A stretch of 64,000 nt of DNA from IMG/VR virus record IMGVR_UViG_3300042868_002089; one strand, written 5' to 3'. The number at the start of each line of letters is the position of its first letter. The stretch's first letter is position 1. The DNA comes from an uncultured virus (IMG/VR IMGVR_UViG_3300042868_002089) (Duplodnaviria; Heunggongvirae; Uroviricota; Caudoviricetes). Shown one piece after another: positions 61,536 to 64,000 of the stretch. The position numbers and the translations under genes are program-made. The notes beneath the pieces are model-generated. The model saw only the letters and a program-made list of their open reading frames with translations, had not been told where the DNA came from and searched no databases.

Positions 61536-61844
61536 TTAGCTCAGAGCAGCGCCGATAGCGGTAACCCAAGCAGAGCCAGTAGAGATTACAAGGCAGTATT
61601 CGTTGTTACCTGCACCATTGTCGCTAATCAAGCGAACTTGGCCAGCATTGCCAGCGGCAGCGGTAGGCAAAGCGGTTGTCAGAATGGGGGTTAGTTTAGC
61701 GAAAGATGCGATTGTTAAGCTGTCAACACTGCTAGCGGCACCAAATGTTGCGTCAACAGTAACAGCGCCAGTAGTGCTGTTTGTAGTGATTGATTGAAAG
61801 CCGTTCTGCGAGCGAACTGGGCCGTTAAACGTGGTATTTGCCAT
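61536..61844 (-). CDS. Virion protein (head fibre/decoration-like)
   Basis: MANTTFNGPVRS N-terminus; follows the major capsid gene. Confidence 0.75.
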   Translation of the reverse strand: MANTTFNGPVRSQNGFQSITTNSTTGAVTVDATFGAASSVDSLTIASFAKLTPILTTALPTAAAGNAGQVRLISDNGAGNNEYCLVISTGSAWVTAIGAALS

Positions 61845-61926
61845 GATTATTCCTTACATGCAAGTTGTGGTGTTCTATCTGCATGTCGTCAGCCGGGACT
61901 GTAAGAACACCGGGAAAGCCCGGAAT
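61845..61926 (-). ncRNA. Structured 5' leader (pseudoknot/switch)
   Basis: CCGGG-cttt-CCCGG hairpin; crossing stems GGTGTTCT/AGAACACC and ACATGCA/TGCATGT abutting RBS AAGGA. Confidence 0.55.
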
Positions 61927-61932
61927 GAAGTC

Positions 61933-61971
61933 AATATACACGAAAAGAAAAGGGGGCACAAGCCCCCTTTT
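61933..61971 (-). terminator. Terminator after the major capsid gene, overlapping a sigma70-like promoter
   Basis: AAAAGGGGGC-ttgt-GCCCCCTTTTCTTTT; TTGTGC-17bp-TATATT. Confidence 0.8.
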
Positions 61972-61982
61972 CACAAGTTCAA

Positions 61983-62912
61983 TTAAGAACCTGAAGAACC
62001 CCACATACCGAGGGGATCAGACCAGCCGAAGCTATAACGCTCACGGGCTTTGTAACGAACGTTACCTGTATCGAAGTCACCGTCCATGCTGTTTTGCAAG
62101 GCGATACGCTCGAAATGCTTCATGCCGTTAGGAACGTCGGTCAACAAGTACCAGCCGTTGCTGTCGGTCAAGAAGTGGTTAACAGTGTAACCTTCAGGGA
62201 TTGCACCCATCTGCTTCAACGCGTTGATATCGTTGTCAGCAGTAGAAACACGCAGCTCAGTGTCAAGCAAGCGCTTGGCAACGAACATCAGTGCTGGGGG
62301 AACAACCATCTTACGGGGCTTAGCGGCGATCAACAGACCACGCTCGTCCACCCACGCTGCGATTTGAATCACGGCGTTTTCCAAAGATGTTTCGTTCAAG
62401 TCAACGCCAGTTGTTGGGCTGTTGAAGTTCACACCACCGCTAACGAGGGGGTGACCAACGCGAGTGTTAGAACTGTTGTTGCCGAACAAAGTGACGCCGT
62501 CACCGCCCAAGTATGAACCGTTGAAACCGTTGTTGATAACGGAAGCGGCTTTAACTTGCTTGGTGTAAGACATGGCACGGGCCAAAGCTTTGGTGTAACG
62601 TGCAGACAAAGAGTCATACAAGTTATCTTCCACAGCTTCTTCAGTAATACTGAAGCCCAGAGCGATTGTCTCGTGGTTGTAGCGTGCAGTGAAGGCTTCT
62701 TGCGCATTGTCATAGGCAATGGCTTGACCTTCATTCTTGACGGGAGCAGAAGCAAAGCCAGCAAGCTTTGTCTCTTCTTCGAAGCTACGCTCAGATTTCT
62801 CTGTTTCGTAGATTTCTTTGTGCTCTTCGCCGTAGCGAGCGTATTCCATGCCGAACAAAGCGTTCAGGCCGGGGAGCAACTCTTTAAGTAGTTGTGCGCG
62901 TGAAATAGCCAT
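61983..62912 (-). CDS. Major capsid protein
   Basis: 309 aa MAISRAQLLKELLPGLNALFG...DFDTGNVRYKARERYSFGWSD; strong RBS and terminator. Confidence 0.9.
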   Translation of the reverse strand: MAISRAQLLKELLPGLNALFGMEYARYGEEHKEIYETEKSERSFEEETKLAGFASAPVKNEGQAIAYDNAQEAFTARYNHETIALGFSITEEAVEDNLYDSLSARYTKALARAMSYTKQVKAASVINNGFNGSYLGGDGVTLFGNNSSNTRVGHPLVSGGVNFNSPTTGVDLNETSLENAVIQIAAWVDERGLLIAAKPRKMVVPPALMFVAKRLLDTELRVSTADNDINALKQMGAIPEGYTVNHFLTDSNGWYLLTDVPNGMKHFERIALQNSMDGDFDTGNVRYKARERYSFGWSDPLGMWGSSGS

Positions 62913-62925
62913 GGTTAGTTACTCC

Positions 62926-63555
62926 TTACAGACCAATTGCAATGGTGTATGAGTGGTAGCCGGGGTTGAACTTCACCAGCAAATCAGTATAAGCGTCGCC
63001 AACTTGGGACTGAGCATTGTTCACGAAACCAACAATGCGGAAAGCAGCGGTCGCGGCAGTGGCAGAAGCCGACACAGCAACGTTGCTATTTCCTGTGGTT
63101 GTAGAACCAGTGCTTGTGCTCTGGATGTTAGCCAAGAACACGTTTTGACCCAAAGCAGATGCAGCCACAGTGTTGTTAGCTTGCACGGAGAACACAGCGC
63201 GGTCGTCATCAATGACAAAAGCAATAGCGTTCACAGCGTTAGCTGGGTAGTACTGTGAGTAGATCGTTTGACCTTGTGCGTTCACATAGGAGCAACCGAC
63301 GAAAACGCCGATAGAACCTGTGTTGGTTGCAGAGCCACCGCTTCCTGTGGGGAAGTAGTTGGTAGTTGCGTCAGCACCAGTCGCAGTCACGAGTTGCAGG
63401 TAACCTGACGCAGCCACGTACACCAACGATCCATTAAAGATGTTGACGGCGTAACCGGCAGGGTCTAGGGGGAACGAGCGAGTGCTACCAGCGTATGGTA
63501 GGCCACCCAACTCATTCACGGCTCGGAAGCCGTAAGGGGTTTGTGTAGATGCCAT
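62926..63555 (-). CDS. Capsid decoration/cement protein
   Basis: PYGFR, GVFVGCSY motifs; immediately upstream of the major capsid gene. Confidence 0.65.
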   Translation of the reverse strand: MASTQTPYGFRAVNELGGLPYAGSTRSFPLDPAGYAVNIFNGSLVYVAASGYLQLVTATGADATTNYFPTGSGGSATNTGSIGVFVGCSYVNAQGQTIYSQYYPANAVNAIAFVIDDDRAVFSVQANNTVAASALGQNVFLANIQSTSTGSTTTGNSNVAVSASATAATAAFRIVGFVNNAQSQVGDAYTDLLVKFNPGYHSYTIAIGL

Positions 63556-63572
63556 TTAAGGACTCCTAAAGT

Positions 63573-64000
63573 TTATTTGGAACCAGAACCAAATCCACCA
63601 CGAGTTGAAGTCGACTTGCGGTCGGCAAACAACGGCATGCGTGGATCATTTTGTCGCATGAAGCTATTGTCAACTGAGTCCATCTGGTTTTGAGCTTGCT
63701 GGTCGTAATAAGCTTTACGGGCTTCGAACTTCTCTTTTGGCATCTTGCAGAGCATGAGGCCGCCGATTTCGACGTTGCCAGTCTTATCATTTCCAACCAT
63801 CATCAATTCTGGATGGTCCTCTGCCTTCACCGGCTCCCAACCTTCACGCATTTTGCGCGATACGTTGGTCACTTCCGACTGTCCCAGAACGTGCGTAGCC
63901 ACCCAGTGGTACACCCAGCCCGGTTCAGGCGTTGGATCAGGCAAGTTGCTCGGCGGTACGTATACAGCACGGGCAGATTTTTCGCGTGTCGTCAGATCAC
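63573..64000 (-). CDS. Conserved head-module protein (5' end beyond window)
   Basis: P.P.PGWVYHW, REGWEPV, IGGLMLCK motifs. Confidence 0.75.
   Translation of the reverse strand, partial: DLTTREKSARAVYVPPSNLPDPTPEPGWVYHWVATHVLGQSEVTNVSRKMREGWEPVKAEDHPELMMVGNDKTGNVEIGGLMLCKMPKEKFEARKAYYDQQAQNQMDSVDNSFMRQNDPRMPLFADRKSTSTRGGFGSGSK

Noticed and set aside
61856..61930. Hammerhead (CTGACGA) or twister (AAGCCCGGA) ribozyme resemblance
   Set aside because: Hammerhead GAAA core is missing after stem II; twister conserved loop and pseudoknot nucleotides are not matched
1..64000. tRNA genes, integrase/att site, stop-codon recoding
   Set aside because: No cloverleaf or recombinase motifs recognised; standard-code ORFs tile the genome densely

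Overview
This window is nearly a whole, circularly permuted genome of a ~65-kb tailed dsDNA phage with podovirus-type architecture (no tape measure, giant internal virion proteins). A freshwater proteobacterial host is plausible but not provable from the sequence. The minus strand carries portal, TerL and TerS (1-4921) and a long late region (28405-64000) with capsid, adaptor, tail, fibres, lysis and ejection proteins. The plus strand (5383-28442) carries early and middle genes: many small ORFs, an amidoligase plus class II glutamine amidotransferase pair, glutaredoxin, VRR-NUC, family A DNA polymerase, Cas4-like nuclease, SNF2 helicase, SSB-like protein, an HTH protein and a primase/DUF927 protein. 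No integrase, RNA polymerase, tRNA, CRISPR array or reverse transcriptase was recognised. The most notable signal is non-coding. A predicted ~85-nt small RNA (about 4986-5070) is transcribed divergently from terS from a shared palindromic -10 element. Its exposed pyrimidine seed is the reverse complement of the extended RBS ((CTC)AAGGAGAA(A)GCAA) used by about 20 early/middle genes but not by late genes, making it a candidate global translational early-to-late switch. Further signals are a family of GGGGA(G/C)A-n2/3-T(C/G)TCCCC palindromes confined to the early region, a 307-bp inverted-repeat element with an AT-rich core, a 16-bp operator family, a pseudoknot/switch leader after the capsid gene, and a ~9-kb CCGG-free early segment. 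All product calls come from manual motif recognition, not database searches.
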